Origin: Euryarchaeota archaeon UBA486
GTDB taxonomy: Archaea > Thermoplasmatota > Poseidoniia > Poseidoniales > Poseidoniaceae
Reading direction: 5' to 3'
NCBI GenBank assembly: GCA_002497765.1
Contig: DAET01000046.1
Location: 88,988 to 152,987, forward strand
DNA length: 64,000 nucleotides
The notes under the pieces are model-generated. The model had not been told where the DNA came from. It saw only the letters and a list, made by a program, of their open reading frames with translations, and made no database searches. Shown here piece by piece: positions 19,924-30,055 of the stretch. Within the stretch, counting starts at the first letter, position 1, and each line of letters begins with the position of its first letter. The position numbers and the translations under genes were made by a program.

Positions 19924-20555
19924 TGAGCATCAACGGCTCGGTTCAGCAACGTGAAGATACGCTCAACATCGCTGTCAACACGGGTGGGGTCAACCACCGG
20001 CCAGTTCGCAATTTTCGCACGCTCGATGAGCCCTTCTTGAATGGCACGAATGCGGGCGAAGCTGGCAAGATAGCGGTCGGACCGACGGTAGGAATGAGCG
20101 TCTCTCGACTTCAGCATGTCTTGGTGAGCCCGCTCCTCATCCACCACCATCACCACGCCCAAGGCCACACCCCCGGCGTCTTCCCACGCCTTGAGCAGGC
20201 GTGCGCTCGGAACGATGTGAACGCCTTCGAGCAGGAGGTCGATGCCTTCCCTTCGAGCCCGTTCAACGGTGGCCGTGATGCCCGCTTCAACGGCCAGGCA
20301 GGTTTCGTTCCAATCCAGCACGGGCTCGCCGCTGCTTCCTCTCGAAAAGGACGAGCGGTGGAGCGCTTCTCGTTGCTGCCCCTCATCTGCCGCCCGCATG
20401 ATTTCGCGAATGGCGTCGGTCGACATGACCCGGGTGAACCCGGCTCGGTTGGCGACGCCGACGGCTGCCGTTGATTTTCCAACCCCGGTGGCACCGGCGA
20501 TGATGAGCAACCTCGGCGGTCGCGATGAGAGGGTTTGCGCTGTTTGTTGCGCCAT
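19911..20555 (-). CDS. 2-phosphoglycerate kinase-like P-loop protein
   Basis: GATGVGKST, STDAIRE.MR, LH.SSF, EGVH.VP. Confidence 0.82.
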   Translation of the reverse strand: MAQQTAQTLSSRPPRLLIIAGATGVGKSTAAVGVANRAGFTRVMSTDAIREIMRAADEGQQREALHRSSFSRGSSGEPVLDWNETCLAVEAGITATVERARREGIDLLLEGVHIVPSARLLKAWEDAGGVALGVVMVVDEERAHQDMLKSRDAHSYRRSDRYLASFARIRAIQEGLIERAKIANWPVVDPTRVDSDVERIFTLLNRAVDAHHEA

Positions 20556-20693
20556 CCCTACCCGCTGGGCCATGCGGTTGAGGTGAAGGGGCGAGCACAT
20601 GAGGGTTCTGCCCAAGGATGCGTTCCCTTCCTTCATTTGGTGCCCGAGAAAACCCACCGATGGCCCTTTGAATTGGGTGGGCTTGGAAGATTC

Positions 20694-22130
20694 ATGGCCG
20701 ATGAACAGATGTGGATTGCAGGCGCATGGTGTGGCGCCGAGAAGAAGGAAACCAGCGATGTCATCAACCCTGCGACCGGTGAAGTCATGGCCACCGTACC
20801 GAAGGCCACCGTGGGCGACGTTGACCGTTGCGTCGCTGCCTCACGAGACGCCCTGAACAACGCGGACTGGAAAGCCATGGATCCCGCTCAGCGTGGACGT
20901 ATCCTCAACAAGATGGCAGCCGTCACCTACGCCAAAGCAAAGGAGCTCGCCGTCATTGAATCCTCGAACAACGGCAAGACGTTCAGGGAAGCCCTCTCTG
21001 AAATTCGCTATGGTGCATGGACGCTGGAGTATTTTGCCGGTCTCGCCGATAAGATCGAAGGCACCACGATCCCCGTTCCCGGTCCTCGTCTCAACTACAC
21101 CCTCCGCCAACCGCTTGGGGTCACTGCCCACATCGTGCCGTGGAACTTCCCGCTCCAACTTGCGCTGCGCTCCATCGCCCCTGCCCTCGCCGCAGGGTGC
21201 ACGGTCATCGCCAAGCCTGCATCATGGACGCCCCTGTCCCTGCTCGCCTGGGCAAGAGCCGTCGACGAGGCCGACACCGGGCTACCATCCGGTGTGCTGC
21301 AGGTCTTGACCGGATCGGGTGCGCTGGCCGGTGATGCCCTCGCTGGTCATGCCGGCGTGGACGGCGTGGTGTTGACCGGAGGTGTACCTACGGGTCAAGC
21401 CGTGATGGCCAAAGCCAGCGAGCAACTCACGCCCGTTACCCTCGAACTCGGTGGAAAGGGCGCCAACATCGTCTTCCCCGACGCCAACCTCCGCTACGCT
21501 GCGAAAGCCATCTGCTTTGGCATCTTCATGAACGCCGGCCAGATGTGCTGGGCGGGTTCTCGACTGCTCGTTCACGAGGACGTACACGACGACCTTGTGG
21601 AAGCCGTGTGCGCCGAGGTGGCCAAGTGGCCCGTTGGCCCGGGCATGGAAGAAGGTGTTCGGATGGGCAGTCTTGTCCACGAGCGTCATCGAGCTGAGGT
21701 GCTCGAGAAACTCGAGGCCGGCCTGAAGGAAGGCGGCAAGTTGGTGTTGGGTGGGCAGCCGCTCGACCGAGACGGGGCCTTCATGGAAGCAACGGTGGTC
21801 ACCGGGGTGGACCGTTCTCACCTGCTGTTCCAAGACGAACTCTTCGGGCCCGTGCTGGCCGTCACCTCCTTTTCCACGGATGAGGAAGCCCTTGAATTGG
21901 CCAACGACACACCGTTTGGATTGCTCAACGGCGTCTGGACCAACAACCTCAGTCGAGCTCACAGTTTTGCTCGCGACCTTGAGTGCGGCATGGTTTCCAT
22001 CAACGAATACCCCATCACCTTCCCGCAGACGGCCTTCACGGGTTGGAAGCATTCAGGCATCGGCGTGGAGCAAAGCCAAGATGCGCTTCGCTTCTACACG
22101 AAGGTCAAAAACGTGAACGTGAAGTTGTGA
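20694..22130 (+). CDS. Aldehyde dehydrogenase
   Basis: PWNFP, LELGGK, AGQMC.AGSR, ELFGP. Confidence 0.95.
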   Translation: MADEQMWIAGAWCGAEKKETSDVINPATGEVMATVPKATVGDVDRCVAASRDALNNADWKAMDPAQRGRILNKMAAVTYAKAKELAVIESSNNGKTFREALSEIRYGAWTLEYFAGLADKIEGTTIPVPGPRLNYTLRQPLGVTAHIVPWNFPLQLALRSIAPALAAGCTVIAKPASWTPLSLLAWARAVDEADTGLPSGVLQVLTGSGALAGDALAGHAGVDGVVLTGGVPTGQAVMAKASEQLTPVTLELGGKGANIVFPDANLRYAAKAICFGIFMNAGQMCWAGSRLLVHEDVHDDLVEAVCAEVAKWPVGPGMEEGVRMGSLVHERHRAEVLEKLEAGLKEGGKLVLGGQPLDRDGAFMEATVVTGVDRSHLLFQDELFGPVLAVTSFSTDEEALELANDTPFGLLNGVWTNNLSRAHSFARDLECGMVSINEYPITFPQTAFTGWKHSGIGVEQSQDALRFYTKVKNVNVKL

Positions 22131-22134
22131 GTGG

Positions 22135-22920
22135 ATGTCCATGGCGGTTGAAGTTGACCAACAAGGCGCTGTTCGGATCATTAAGATGGCGGGGCAGGCC
22201 TCGACGCAGTCGTTTTCGATGGCGTTTTTGCCCACGATTGCCGAGGCGATTGATGCGGGCCTGAAAGACAACGCCACGAAATCCATTGTGCTGACGGGCG
22301 ACGGTCGTTTCTTTTCCGCTGGGGCTGACATCAACGCCTTTCAAGAAGCGATTGACAACAACTCGGCTCCTGAACTCATCCGCAACCTGACCGGTGTTCT
22401 CCACCCGCTGCTGACCCGCATCCGTACCTCCTCAACCATTGTCGTGGCGGCCCTCAACGGTGTGTCGGCCGGCGGCGGCTTGGGTTTGGCCTTGGCGTGC
22501 GATGCTCGAGTTGGAACGCCTGATGCTCGTATGGCGGCGTCCTACGCCGGCATGGGGCTCTCCCCGGACGGCGGGACGACCTGGCTTTTGCCGCGCCTGG
22601 TTGGCGAACAACGAGCACGACGATTCTTCATGAGCAATGAAATTTGGACGGGCGAGGAAGCTCATGAATACGGTGCGATTGACGTGCTGGTGGACCCTGC
22701 ATCCTTGCTTGAGACAGCCACAGGCTTGGCCAAGATGTGGTCGTCATGGGGCCCCCACACCAAGGAGGCGACCAAGCACCTCCTTCATGTTCAAACCGAC
22801 AACGATTTCTCAACGCACCTCGACCACGAACGGACGCTCATCGAAGCGGCCGGTACCACCGAGGCGTTCAAAGAAGGCGTGGCCGCGTTCCTTGAGAAGC
22901 GCCGCCCATCCTTTGATTGA
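22135..22920 (+). CDS. Crotonase-family protein, PaaG-like isomerase
   Basis: FSAGADI, AGGG.GLALACD, GLSPDGG.TW.LPRLVG (Asp in place of the catalytic Glu). Confidence 0.85.
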   Translation: MSMAVEVDQQGAVRIIKMAGQASTQSFSMAFLPTIAEAIDAGLKDNATKSIVLTGDGRFFSAGADINAFQEAIDNNSAPELIRNLTGVLHPLLTRIRTSSTIVVAALNGVSAGGGLGLALACDARVGTPDARMAASYAGMGLSPDGGTTWLLPRLVGEQRARRFFMSNEIWTGEEAHEYGAIDVLVDPASLLETATGLAKMWSSWGPHTKEATKHLLHVQTDNDFSTHLDHERTLIEAAGTTEAFKEGVAAFLEKRRPSFD

Positions 22921-22921
22921 A

Positions 22922-23845
22922 TCACTGGATTTGGAACTGGTACTGCGTGGCGGGTTTCTTTCCGCCCAGGCGAGTCAGCCCGATGATGAGTGCGATGAGG
23001 CCACCGCATGCAGAGCAGCAACCCGCACCAATCGATGCGACCGAAATGCCCGACTTCGTGAGCAACTCCTCAACGAATCCAGATTCGATGTACATGGCGT
23101 CAAGGTCAACCACGGACATGTTGATGCCAGCATCGTTGGACACCGTCAGGATTTCTCCCTCTACGCAATCGTGTTCTGCCTCCCCGACATCGTCTTGCAT
23201 GGTGTAGCAAATTCGGGCGACAATGATGTGGTCTTCAATGTCAAAGTACGGCTCGTAGGCTTTGTTGTCGTCGCCTCGACCCATTGAGCAAGAAATTCTC
23301 GCTGTGCGATCGCTGACATCGTTGCCGTCTTCGTCGAGAACGGAGAAACTCACATTCTCGCAGGCATCCACGATGTTGTTGTCGTTCTCATCGGCCTTGG
23401 GGTCGCCGGGAATCAGGAGGTACCAACCCTCCTCACCCATGCCATCTTCGTCGTCGTGGGTGAGTTCACCGCTGTCCCCGATTGAAGTGGTGTAGTCAAC
23501 GGTGGAGAGTTTGTTGAAGGTGTCTTCAATCGAAGCGCCCACGACTGCCCCGATGCCAAACCCAATGAGGCCGATGACCACCAAAACGGCGGCGATGATC
23601 ATGGGGACTTTGGGCCCCTTTCCTTCATCCCCGATGGTGATGTTCTGTGTCGCCATGCCTGGCTGATAGCCAGCAGCGACCATGTCCGGTGTGATTTGTT
23701 GTTGGAGAACGGGGCTTGGCCCTTCGATGTCCGCTGGAGTGGCGCCATCCGAAGGTTCGCCTGGCTCGCAATCCGGTTCATTTCCACCAGCATCCTTGGT
23801 GGCGCCCATGATGGCACCCCAAGGGGTAGGGTTGGTTTCGTCCAT
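22922..23845 (-). CDS. Hypothetical 2-TM protein with an acidic, Cys-containing extracellular domain
   Basis: TM - acidic domain - TM with GCCSACGG. Confidence 0.7.
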   Translation of the reverse strand: MDETNPTPWGAIMGATKDAGGNEPDCEPGEPSDGATPADIEGPSPVLQQQITPDMVAAGYQPGMATQNITIGDEGKGPKVPMIIAAVLVVIGLIGFGIGAVVGASIEDTFNKLSTVDYTTSIGDSGELTHDDEDGMGEEGWYLLIPGDPKADENDNNIVDACENVSFSVLDEDGNDVSDRTARISCSMGRGDDNKAYEPYFDIEDHIIVARICYTMQDDVGEAEHDCVEGEILTVSNDAGINMSVVDLDAMYIESGFVEELLTKSGISVASIGAGCCSACGGLIALIIGLTRLGGKKPATQYQFQIQ

Positions 23846-23893
23846 GGAATTTCCACGCTCCCTTGCGCAATAAATCAGTGGGTGAGATGGGCC

Positions 23894-24778
23894 TCAATCG
23901 AGGCTGGTTTCCTCGGGCTGTCCGCTTGACCAATCGTAGATACCTTTTCCAGATTTCTTGCCGAGGCGGCCTTCGGCGACCAAGCGCTCAAGCAGTGGGT
24001 GAGGGGCGTAGGCATCGTCGTTGAACGAGCGCTGCAGGTTTCGCAAAATATCGCGTCGTACATCAAGCCCCACCAGATCGGTCAACGCCAGCGGGCCCAT
24101 CGGGTGCTTGTAGCCCAGCACCATGGCGGTGTCAATGTCCTTGGCGCTGGCCACGCCGTCGGCCAGCATGCGGATGGCTTCGTTGCCGAGCACCACGCCC
24201 AAGCGGCTGGTGGCAAACCCGGGGACGTCCTTGACGAGAATGGTGGTTTTGCCCATGGCTTCGCCGGCTGCTTGAGCGATGGCGATCGTCCCCTCGGCGG
24301 TCTGATCATGACGGACCAGTTCGAGCAATTTCATGATGGGAACAGGATTGAAGAAATGCATGCCAATGACCTGCTCTGGCCGAGACGTAGCAGCGGCGAT
24401 GTCGGCGATGCAAAGCGAGGAGGTGTTGGTACCGAGCACGGCGTGAGCAGGGGCAAGTTCGTCGAGTTGTGCGAAGATGCTGTGCTTCAAGTCAGGGATT
24501 TCTGGCACGGCCTCAATCACGAGGTCGGCCTGTCCGACCGCCGCAGCGAGGTCGCCAACAGCGGTCAAGTTGGCCGACCATGCGTCTCGCTGCTCAGGGG
24601 TGGTTTTGCCTCGAGCGATGCCCTTCTCCCAGAAGGCTGCGATGCGCTCCATGCCACGTTCAAGCCCCTCGGGGAAGGCATCGTAGAGGTTGGTTTGCCA
24701 GCCGGCTTGGGCGCACACTTGAGCGATGCCGGCGCCCATCGTTCCAGCGCCCACCACGGCCACGCATTGAATGGTCAT
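23894..24778 (-). CDS. 3-hydroxyacyl-CoA dehydrogenase (PaaH-like)
   Basis: GAGTMGAGIA, EAVPE, TNTSS, GMHFFNP, PMGPL.L.D.VGLD, LGKKSG.G. Confidence 0.93.
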   Translation of the reverse strand: MTIQCVAVVGAGTMGAGIAQVCAQAGWQTNLYDAFPEGLERGMERIAAFWEKGIARGKTTPEQRDAWSANLTAVGDLAAAVGQADLVIEAVPEIPDLKHSIFAQLDELAPAHAVLGTNTSSLCIADIAAATSRPEQVIGMHFFNPVPIMKLLELVRHDQTAEGTIAIAQAAGEAMGKTTILVKDVPGFATSRLGVVLGNEAIRMLADGVASAKDIDTAMVLGYKHPMGPLALTDLVGLDVRRDILRNLQRSFNDDAYAPHPLLERLVAEGRLGKKSGKGIYDWSSGQPEETSLD

Positions 24779-24800
24779 GGTCCTCGCAAGGAGAGGCCCT

Positions 24801-25724
24801 TCATGATGCTTGCTCGTTGGTTCTCTGTTTCGATTGCGCCAAGGTGACGCCACCGACGATCAGCGCGAAGGCCACGACCAGCGAAGTTCCGAGTTGTTCG
24901 TCGAGAAGAAGCCACCCTCCGAGGATACCAAACGGTGGAACGAGGTAGACGTAGAAGGCTGCTGGACCTGCACCGATGATGCGGATGCCGTCAGCGAACC
25001 AGACGTAGGACACAACCGTGGAAAAGACGGCGAGGAACACGATGCCCACCCACGCCTCAGCACTCGGGAAGGTCCATGCTGCTCCCATCGCTTCAATCCC
25101 TGCCCATGGCGTGAGAATGAACAACCCAACAACGGAGGACCAGACCGTCAGGTGAAGCGGGCTCAGGGGTGCCAGCGCATCGTCCGGCGTATCGGTCATG
25201 ACGCGTTTCATGACGATGGTTGACATGGCCCATGCAAAGGCAGAACCGGCGATGAAGGCGTTTCCAATCCATCGGTCCACCGCAGGAATGTCCGTGTTGG
25301 GCGAAGCAAAAAAGAGCACAGCAATCCCGGCTACGGCAAGGGCCAAGCCCCCAAGAAGCCGCCAAGTCATGCGTTCGTCGAGGAGCAGCACGGCAAGAAA
25401 AGCCGTGAAGAGCGGATTGAACGTGATCATCAGTGAGGCGTCACCAGCGGCCGTGTAACCCATGCCGAACATGAACAGCACCTGGTACATGAAGGTCGAA
25501 AACAAGCCGATGAGCGCCACCTGCTTCCACTGTGAGCGTGAGGGCATGATCCACTGTGATGACCACCTGAGGTAGGCCAGAAACAAGGCAACGACCATGA
25601 CATAGCGAATCCATGCTGCGCCAATGGGCGGTAACTCCGTAGCGACCACACGGCCCGCAGGCCAACCAAAACCCCAGATGGCAGCGACGATGACCAATTT
25701 GGCATGAACTCCGGCGTTGTTCAT
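24801..25724 (-). CDS. DMT/EamA family transporter
   Basis: 10 TMs in two EamA repeats; IWG, P.FT..LA..LL.E. Confidence 0.9.
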   Translation of the reverse strand: MNNAGVHAKLVIVAAIWGFGWPAGRVVATELPPIGAAWIRYVMVVALFLAYLRWSSQWIMPSRSQWKQVALIGLFSTFMYQVLFMFGMGYTAAGDASLMITFNPLFTAFLAVLLLDERMTWRLLGGLALAVAGIAVLFFASPNTDIPAVDRWIGNAFIAGSAFAWAMSTIVMKRVMTDTPDDALAPLSPLHLTVWSSVVGLFILTPWAGIEAMGAAWTFPSAEAWVGIVFLAVFSTVVSYVWFADGIRIIGAGPAAFYVYLVPPFGILGGWLLLDEQLGTSLVVAFALIVGGVTLAQSKQRTNEQAS

Positions 25725-26260
25725 TCAAATCGCTCCAGGCCCAACTGCAGCATCCGGGTTCGGGGAAGGCCGATTTCCGGAAGTCCTGCGGCTGGGGCGT
25801 GGAGCTTGAGGCCTTCAATCCTGTTCACGTAGAGGCCATAACTGGCGATGTCGTCGGGTTTGTACGGGGTGTCAAGGCCCATCTTTTGCAGTGTTTGGCA
25901 CGCTTTTTCGGAGTAGATGGGGAACAAGTTTGTGGAGAAGTGCATCCATTCAGATATTCGCTGTGCGTCAACGCCGTCGAGGGTCATGAGGTGCTCGAGC
26001 AACGAAACATCGGGGTAGTTGGTGGTTCGAAGCACCATCTCCACTTCATTCACGATGTCTTCGGGCCAAGCGAACGGAACACGTTCAGCCCACTGGTCTG
26101 CGATGCTGATGTGCTCGATGGATTGCTCGGCTTGGACGGCGTACAGTGATTCGATGTACGATCGGTCTTCGTAGGCGTCGGTGACAAGACCGGGAAGGTC
26201 CTCGAAGAAGCGTTCACACATCTCGGCGTCGACACCGTAGAGGGCGACGGGAATCATCAA
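25721..26260 (-). CDS. Hypothetical protein, possible degenerate HhH-like fold
   Basis: L.GV....IS..MHF...FPI.....TL..MG pattern; overlaps the EamA start. Confidence 0.65.
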   Translation of the reverse strand: MMIPVALYGVDAEMCERFFEDLPGLVTDAYEDRSYIESLYAVQAEQSIEHISIADQWAERVPFAWPEDIVNEVEMVLRTTNYPDVSLLEHLMTLDGVDAQRISEWMHFSTNLFPIYSEKACQTLQKMGLDTPYKPDDIASYGLYVNRIEGLKLHAPAAGLPEIGLPRTRMLQLGLERFE

Positions 26261-26275
26261 CGATCACTCCGATGT

Positions 26276-27436
26276 TCAGGCACTTGCGCCAATGCCAGAG
26301 GCGATTTGGCGAGCGGTCATGGGCTTCTCAGCCACCCATTGTTGCTTGAAAAGTTCCTTGAGGTCTTCTTCGTCTTGGGCGGTGGGGAGGTGGGCGGCCA
26401 TGTAGGCATCCCACTCGTCGTCGGAGCCTTCGAACAGGGTACCTTCAACGGTGTAGCGCTGGCGCTTGAAGTGGCCGATTTCACGGTGGAAGTTCTCGTG
26501 TGGGACATAGAGGTCCGCAGCACCTTCGGGGAGGTAGCCGCAGAGTTTCCTGACCTCAGCCACGATCTCCTCGTGATAGTGCTGGCGGGCCTCTTCGTTC
26601 AGCGTCTCCTTGGACACTTCAACATCGCCTTCGAGCTTCTTGCGCTCATCCCAGCGTCCTTTGATGCCCCAGACGTAGGCCCAGTGGGCAGAAGAGGATT
26701 CGTCAACGCCGAACAGGTCGTGAGCGGTGGACACCCACTTGTTGATGTAGCGCTGAAGCATGTCCAAAGGAATCACGCCGGCCTTGATGATGCGGCGCAG
26801 ACCGTTTGAACCGGTGCCCAAGTGGAAGGACTCTTCCTTGAGCATGGGGCCCATGCTGGCAGCGAGTGGCTTGAACGCCGAGGTGGAAAGCATGCCGAGT
26901 TGGAACTTGCCGTCACGGTCCACAAACATCGTGTAGCAGAAGAAGTCCAGCCAGTGGGGCATGGGGCGGTTGAACGCACCGAGGAGGCGGTCGCCGTCCT
27001 GAGCGTTGCGCTCGAGGAGTTTTTGCGCCTCGCGTCGACCTTGCTGACCGAAGTAGGTCATGAGAAGGTAGGCCATTTGCCATCCATGTCGCTGCTCCTC
27101 TGCCATGATGCGGGCCGCTGCGTAGCGGTCGTAGTCGGTTGGTGCGGTGGCGAGGAGGTGGCGCTGCTGCTCAACGGAGGCGAATTCGGTGTCGCCCTGA
27201 ACGGTGATCATGCTCACGAGGGCGTCTCGCATGCTCTGGTGAGGGACTTGGAGAGATCGCTCCCACTTGGTTCGGCCGGCGTAATCACCAAACTCAATGA
27301 CGTCGCCTGCACGCTCCCAGTCAAACTGGATGGACAGGTCAAAGTTGCCCATCCACTCGCGGTCGTAGCCGACGTTGTCTTGCCAAGTTTTGAAGTTCTC
27401 AATCCAGTCATCCCAAGTCTTCGGTAGGTTGTCCAT
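26276..27436 (-). CDS. boxB: BoxB-like aryl-CoA epoxidase, diiron subunit
   Basis: QGDTEFASVEQQRHL, EEQRH, R.LGAFN, DRDGKFQL, EESFH match BoxB diiron ligand motifs; substrate not established. Confidence 0.85.
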   Translation of the reverse strand: MDNLPKTWDDWIENFKTWQDNVGYDREWMGNFDLSIQFDWERAGDVIEFGDYAGRTKWERSLQVPHQSMRDALVSMITVQGDTEFASVEQQRHLLATAPTDYDRYAAARIMAEEQRHGWQMAYLLMTYFGQQGRREAQKLLERNAQDGDRLLGAFNRPMPHWLDFFCYTMFVDRDGKFQLGMLSTSAFKPLAASMGPMLKEESFHLGTGSNGLRRIIKAGVIPLDMLQRYINKWVSTAHDLFGVDESSSAHWAYVWGIKGRWDERKKLEGDVEVSKETLNEEARQHYHEEIVAEVRKLCGYLPEGAADLYVPHENFHREIGHFKRQRYTVEGTLFEGSDDEWDAYMAAHLPTAQDEEDLKELFKQQWVAEKPMTARQIASGIGASA

Positions 27437-27471
27437 GCTCCAAGGTGGACGGGGACCTCCTTATACCCTTT

Positions 27472-27496
27472 ACGAACATGTTCGTGCGAACATGTT
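27472..27496. promoter_or_regulatory. Palindromic operator candidate upstream of boxB
   Basis: Perfect palindrome ACGAACATGTTCGT (27472-27485) plus a repeat CGAACATGTT (27487-27496), next to a minus-strand TATAA at 27461-27465. Confidence 0.65.
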
Positions 27497-28118
27497 AGTC
27501 GCTTTGGCGACGAATCTCTTCGGTGAAGGCATGAAAGACGGCCGATTCAATGCGTTGGAGTTGATTTGAAAGCGTGGATTTGGCGACGTTGAGCAGGCCG
27601 GCAAGCTCGGTGAGGTTGATGCGGCGAGGCACGTCCCAGTAGCCTTCACGAGAGGCGACTTCGAAGACCTCTCGCTGGCGCGGCGTCAGCAGTCGAGCGC
27701 CCGTGCTTCGGGTCGAGAGAAGTCTGTGGGGGATCTCATCGCTTCTGAACCGGTTGATCAGAGCCCTCATGGTTTCTCGCGTACCCTCAACCGTCCATTC
27801 AACCCAACCGTCTCGAACTTCGAACGGTGTTCGCGGCACGACGCCAAGGTCGACCAGCGGCCGGAGAAATCCGCCTCCTCCCGCAGAGATGTTGACTGAG
27901 AAACGGCCGTCTTCCGGCTCGCTGCATTCGTCGATGCCATCGTGGGCCAACACGGTGGCGTGGATGGCTTCGTTGCTCCAACAGCGAGCCGTACCGCGCC
28001 CCTTGCTGAGCGGCATGTGTTGTTCGATGCGAAGCGTTGCTGAAGGATGCTCACGAGTCACGTCGCCGGCCCAGTGGCCTTGAGGAAGGCGTACATCGAT
28101 TCGCAGCTGTTGAGCCAT
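27495..28118 (-). CDS. Bat-like (HTH_10) transcriptional regulator
   Basis: LTPRQREV..VA..EGY.DVPR.I.L.ELA..L.VAKSTL. Confidence 0.9.
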   Translation of the reverse strand: MAQQLRIDVRLPQGHWAGDVTREHPSATLRIEQHMPLSKGRGTARCWSNEAIHATVLAHDGIDECSEPEDGRFSVNISAGGGGFLRPLVDLGVVPRTPFEVRDGWVEWTVEGTRETMRALINRFRSDEIPHRLLSTRSTGARLLTPRQREVFEVASREGYWDVPRRINLTELAGLLNVAKSTLSNQLQRIESAVFHAFTEEIRRQSD

Positions 28119-28135
28119 GGTTGCGCCTCGGTAGA

Positions 28136-29089
28136 TTACAGGGGTCGTCGCTGCTCAGACCTCACCACGCTGTTCTTGGCGACGTCGATGAGTTCGTTGT
28201 AGGTGGTGGTGTGGGTGGCCTCCACCTTGACGCCCGGCAGATAGCCGTCGCAGACGCCAGCTGCAGCGAAGATGGCATCCTCACTCTGACAGAGGTCGTG
28301 GGCCTTCCAAAGGCGGGTCAAATCGTCGCCGACCATGGTCCCCGCACGCGCTTCCTCTTCGGGTGAGCGAAAGACGAGTCGTCCCTCAAACATCCCTCCG
28401 ACGCCTCGGATGGCCGTGGCTGAAATGACGCCCTCTGGTGCAGCACCGATGCCCATGAGCATGTCGTACGGGCCGTCGTCTTTCGCAGCCCAAATGGCGC
28501 CAGAAACATCACCGTCGCTCAGCAAGTGAAGTTGGGCGCCAGCATCTCGAATCTCCTTGAACAACCCCGCATGGCGCTCACGGTCGAGGGCCACGATGCG
28601 AACATCACCAGCCTCGCAGTCAAGAACATGCATGGCCTGTTCAATGTTGTAGGCCACGCCGCCGTCGAGCGCCACATGGTCCGCAAGGGCGGGGCCAGCA
28701 GCGAGTTTGTCCATGTAGCAGTCGGGAGCGTGCAGCAGGGTCCCACGGGGAGCTGCTGCTAGCACGGCGATGGAATTTGGAAGGTTGTCGGCGCAGTTGT
28801 TGGTGCACTCAAGCGGGTCAACGGCGATGTCGATCTGCGGGGCGCCAGCCTGTCCCACCATCGAGCCGAGTTCTTCACCAATGTACAGCATCGGGGCATC
28901 GTCTCGCTCACCTTCGCCGATGGCAACTCGTCCGTCAAACGGCACGGCGTCGAAGGTGCGCCGCATGGCTTCAACGGCAGCGTCGTCAGCAGCGTTCTTG
29001 TCGCCCTTGCCTCGCCAGGCTGCGGAAGCGATGGCTGCTTGGTCGACGGCTTCGACAAAGTGGTGTGCAAGGTCGCCGATGATGCCCAT
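28136..29089 (-). CDS. glpX: Class II fructose-1,6-bisphosphatase
   Basis: GDKNAAD.AAV.AMR, IGEGERD.APMLYIGE, DIAVDPLE, DGDV, G.G.APEGV. Confidence 0.93.
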   Translation of the reverse strand: MGIIGDLAHHFVEAVDQAAIASAAWRGKGDKNAADDAAVEAMRRTFDAVPFDGRVAIGEGERDDAPMLYIGEELGSMVGQAGAPQIDIAVDPLECTNNCADNLPNSIAVLAAAPRGTLLHAPDCYMDKLAAGPALADHVALDGGVAYNIEQAMHVLDCEAGDVRIVALDRERHAGLFKEIRDAGAQLHLLSDGDVSGAIWAAKDDGPYDMLMGIGAAPEGVISATAIRGVGGMFEGRLVFRSPEEEARAGTMVGDDLTRLWKAHDLCQSEDAIFAAAGVCDGYLPGVKVEATHTTTYNELIDVAKNSVVRSEQRRPL

Positions 29090-29128
29090 GAGTGGTTGGA
29101 ATCGCGGGAACGCCATCAAGTCAACGGT

Positions 29129-29581
29129 TCAGTTTCCCTTGAATTTCTCAACGACTTCGAGGTCGGTGATGCGGGCAACAGGATACTGACCCTCGTCGTC
29201 CTTTTCGAGGGATTTCACCATGTCAAAGGCACACAGAAGGCCAGCGGCCACGCCGGTGAGCGCCTCCATTTCGATGCCTGTTTTGTAGTGGGCACTGACC
29301 GTTACGGAGCACCACAAACCGGTGCCCTCCCACGACCAGTCCACGGTGGTTCCCTCAAGAGGAATGGGGTGGCAGTGAGGGATGATACGAGGGGTGTCCT
29401 TCACGGCTTGAATGGCGGCAATCGTCGAAGCCTCGAGAACGTCGCCTTTCTTGATTTGACTTGAGACAATGGCGTCCTTCGTGGCTTGGCTGAACAGCAC
29501 CCTTCCACGGGCGGTTGCTCGTCGCTCAACCACAGGCTTCTGTCCGATGTTGATGATGCCCTCTATGGATTTCTCGCTCAA
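29129..29581 (-). CDS. moaC: Cyclic pyranopterin monophosphate synthase
   Basis: KKGDVL, IIPHCHP, TGIEMEAL, DMVKS; probable TTG start overlapping the moaE stop. Confidence 0.92.
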   Translation of the reverse strand: MSEKSIEGIINIGQKPVVERRATARGRVLFSQATKDAIVSSQIKKGDVLEASTIAAIQAVKDTPRIIPHCHPIPLEGTTVDWSWEGTGLWCSVTVSAHYKTGIEMEALTGVAAGLLCAFDMVKSLEKDDEGQYPVARITDLEVVEKFKGN

Positions 29582-30003
29582 CCCAACCCCTCCTTCCAGG
29601 TCTCCCCTTCGGTGGTGACCTCTTTCTTCCATATGGGTGCTTGCTTCTTCAATTCATCAATGAGCCATTCGCATGCCTGAAACGCTTCCTTTCGATGCGG
29701 GCTGCCCACATGAATGGCAACGATGGGTTCCTGCGGCCCCACCGAACCGGTCCGGTGAGCCATGGCCACCGACAGCACACCAAATTCTCGTGTCGCTTCC
29801 TCCGCAAGGCGATGGAGGACGGGCGTTAGTCGGTCCTGCCATGCGTCAAATTCCAACCTCAAGACATCGGCCTTGCCCTCTGTTTCTCGTGTCAGGCCGA
29901 CAAAGGAGACCACGGCACCACATCCCTCAGTGTTCATGTTGGCACGAAGGGCGTCGGGCAGAAGGGCGTCGGGCGCTTCTTCCACGAGGATGTGCACTGT
30001 CAT
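29578..30003 (-). CDS. moaE: Molybdopterin synthase catalytic subunit
   Basis: GAVVSF.G..R, HR.G, SPHR.EAF.AC...IDELK..APIWKKE. Confidence 0.93.
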   Translation of the reverse strand: MTVHILVEEAPDALLPDALRANMNTEGCGAVVSFVGLTRETEGKADVLRLEFDAWQDRLTPVLHRLAEEATREFGVLSVAMAHRTGSVGPQEPIVAIHVGSPHRKEAFQACEWLIDELKKQAPIWKKEVTTEGETWKEGLG

Positions 30004-30055
30004 GGTCCGAACGAAGGGAGGGCATCATTCAAACCTCACGCCTCCATGGCAAGCC

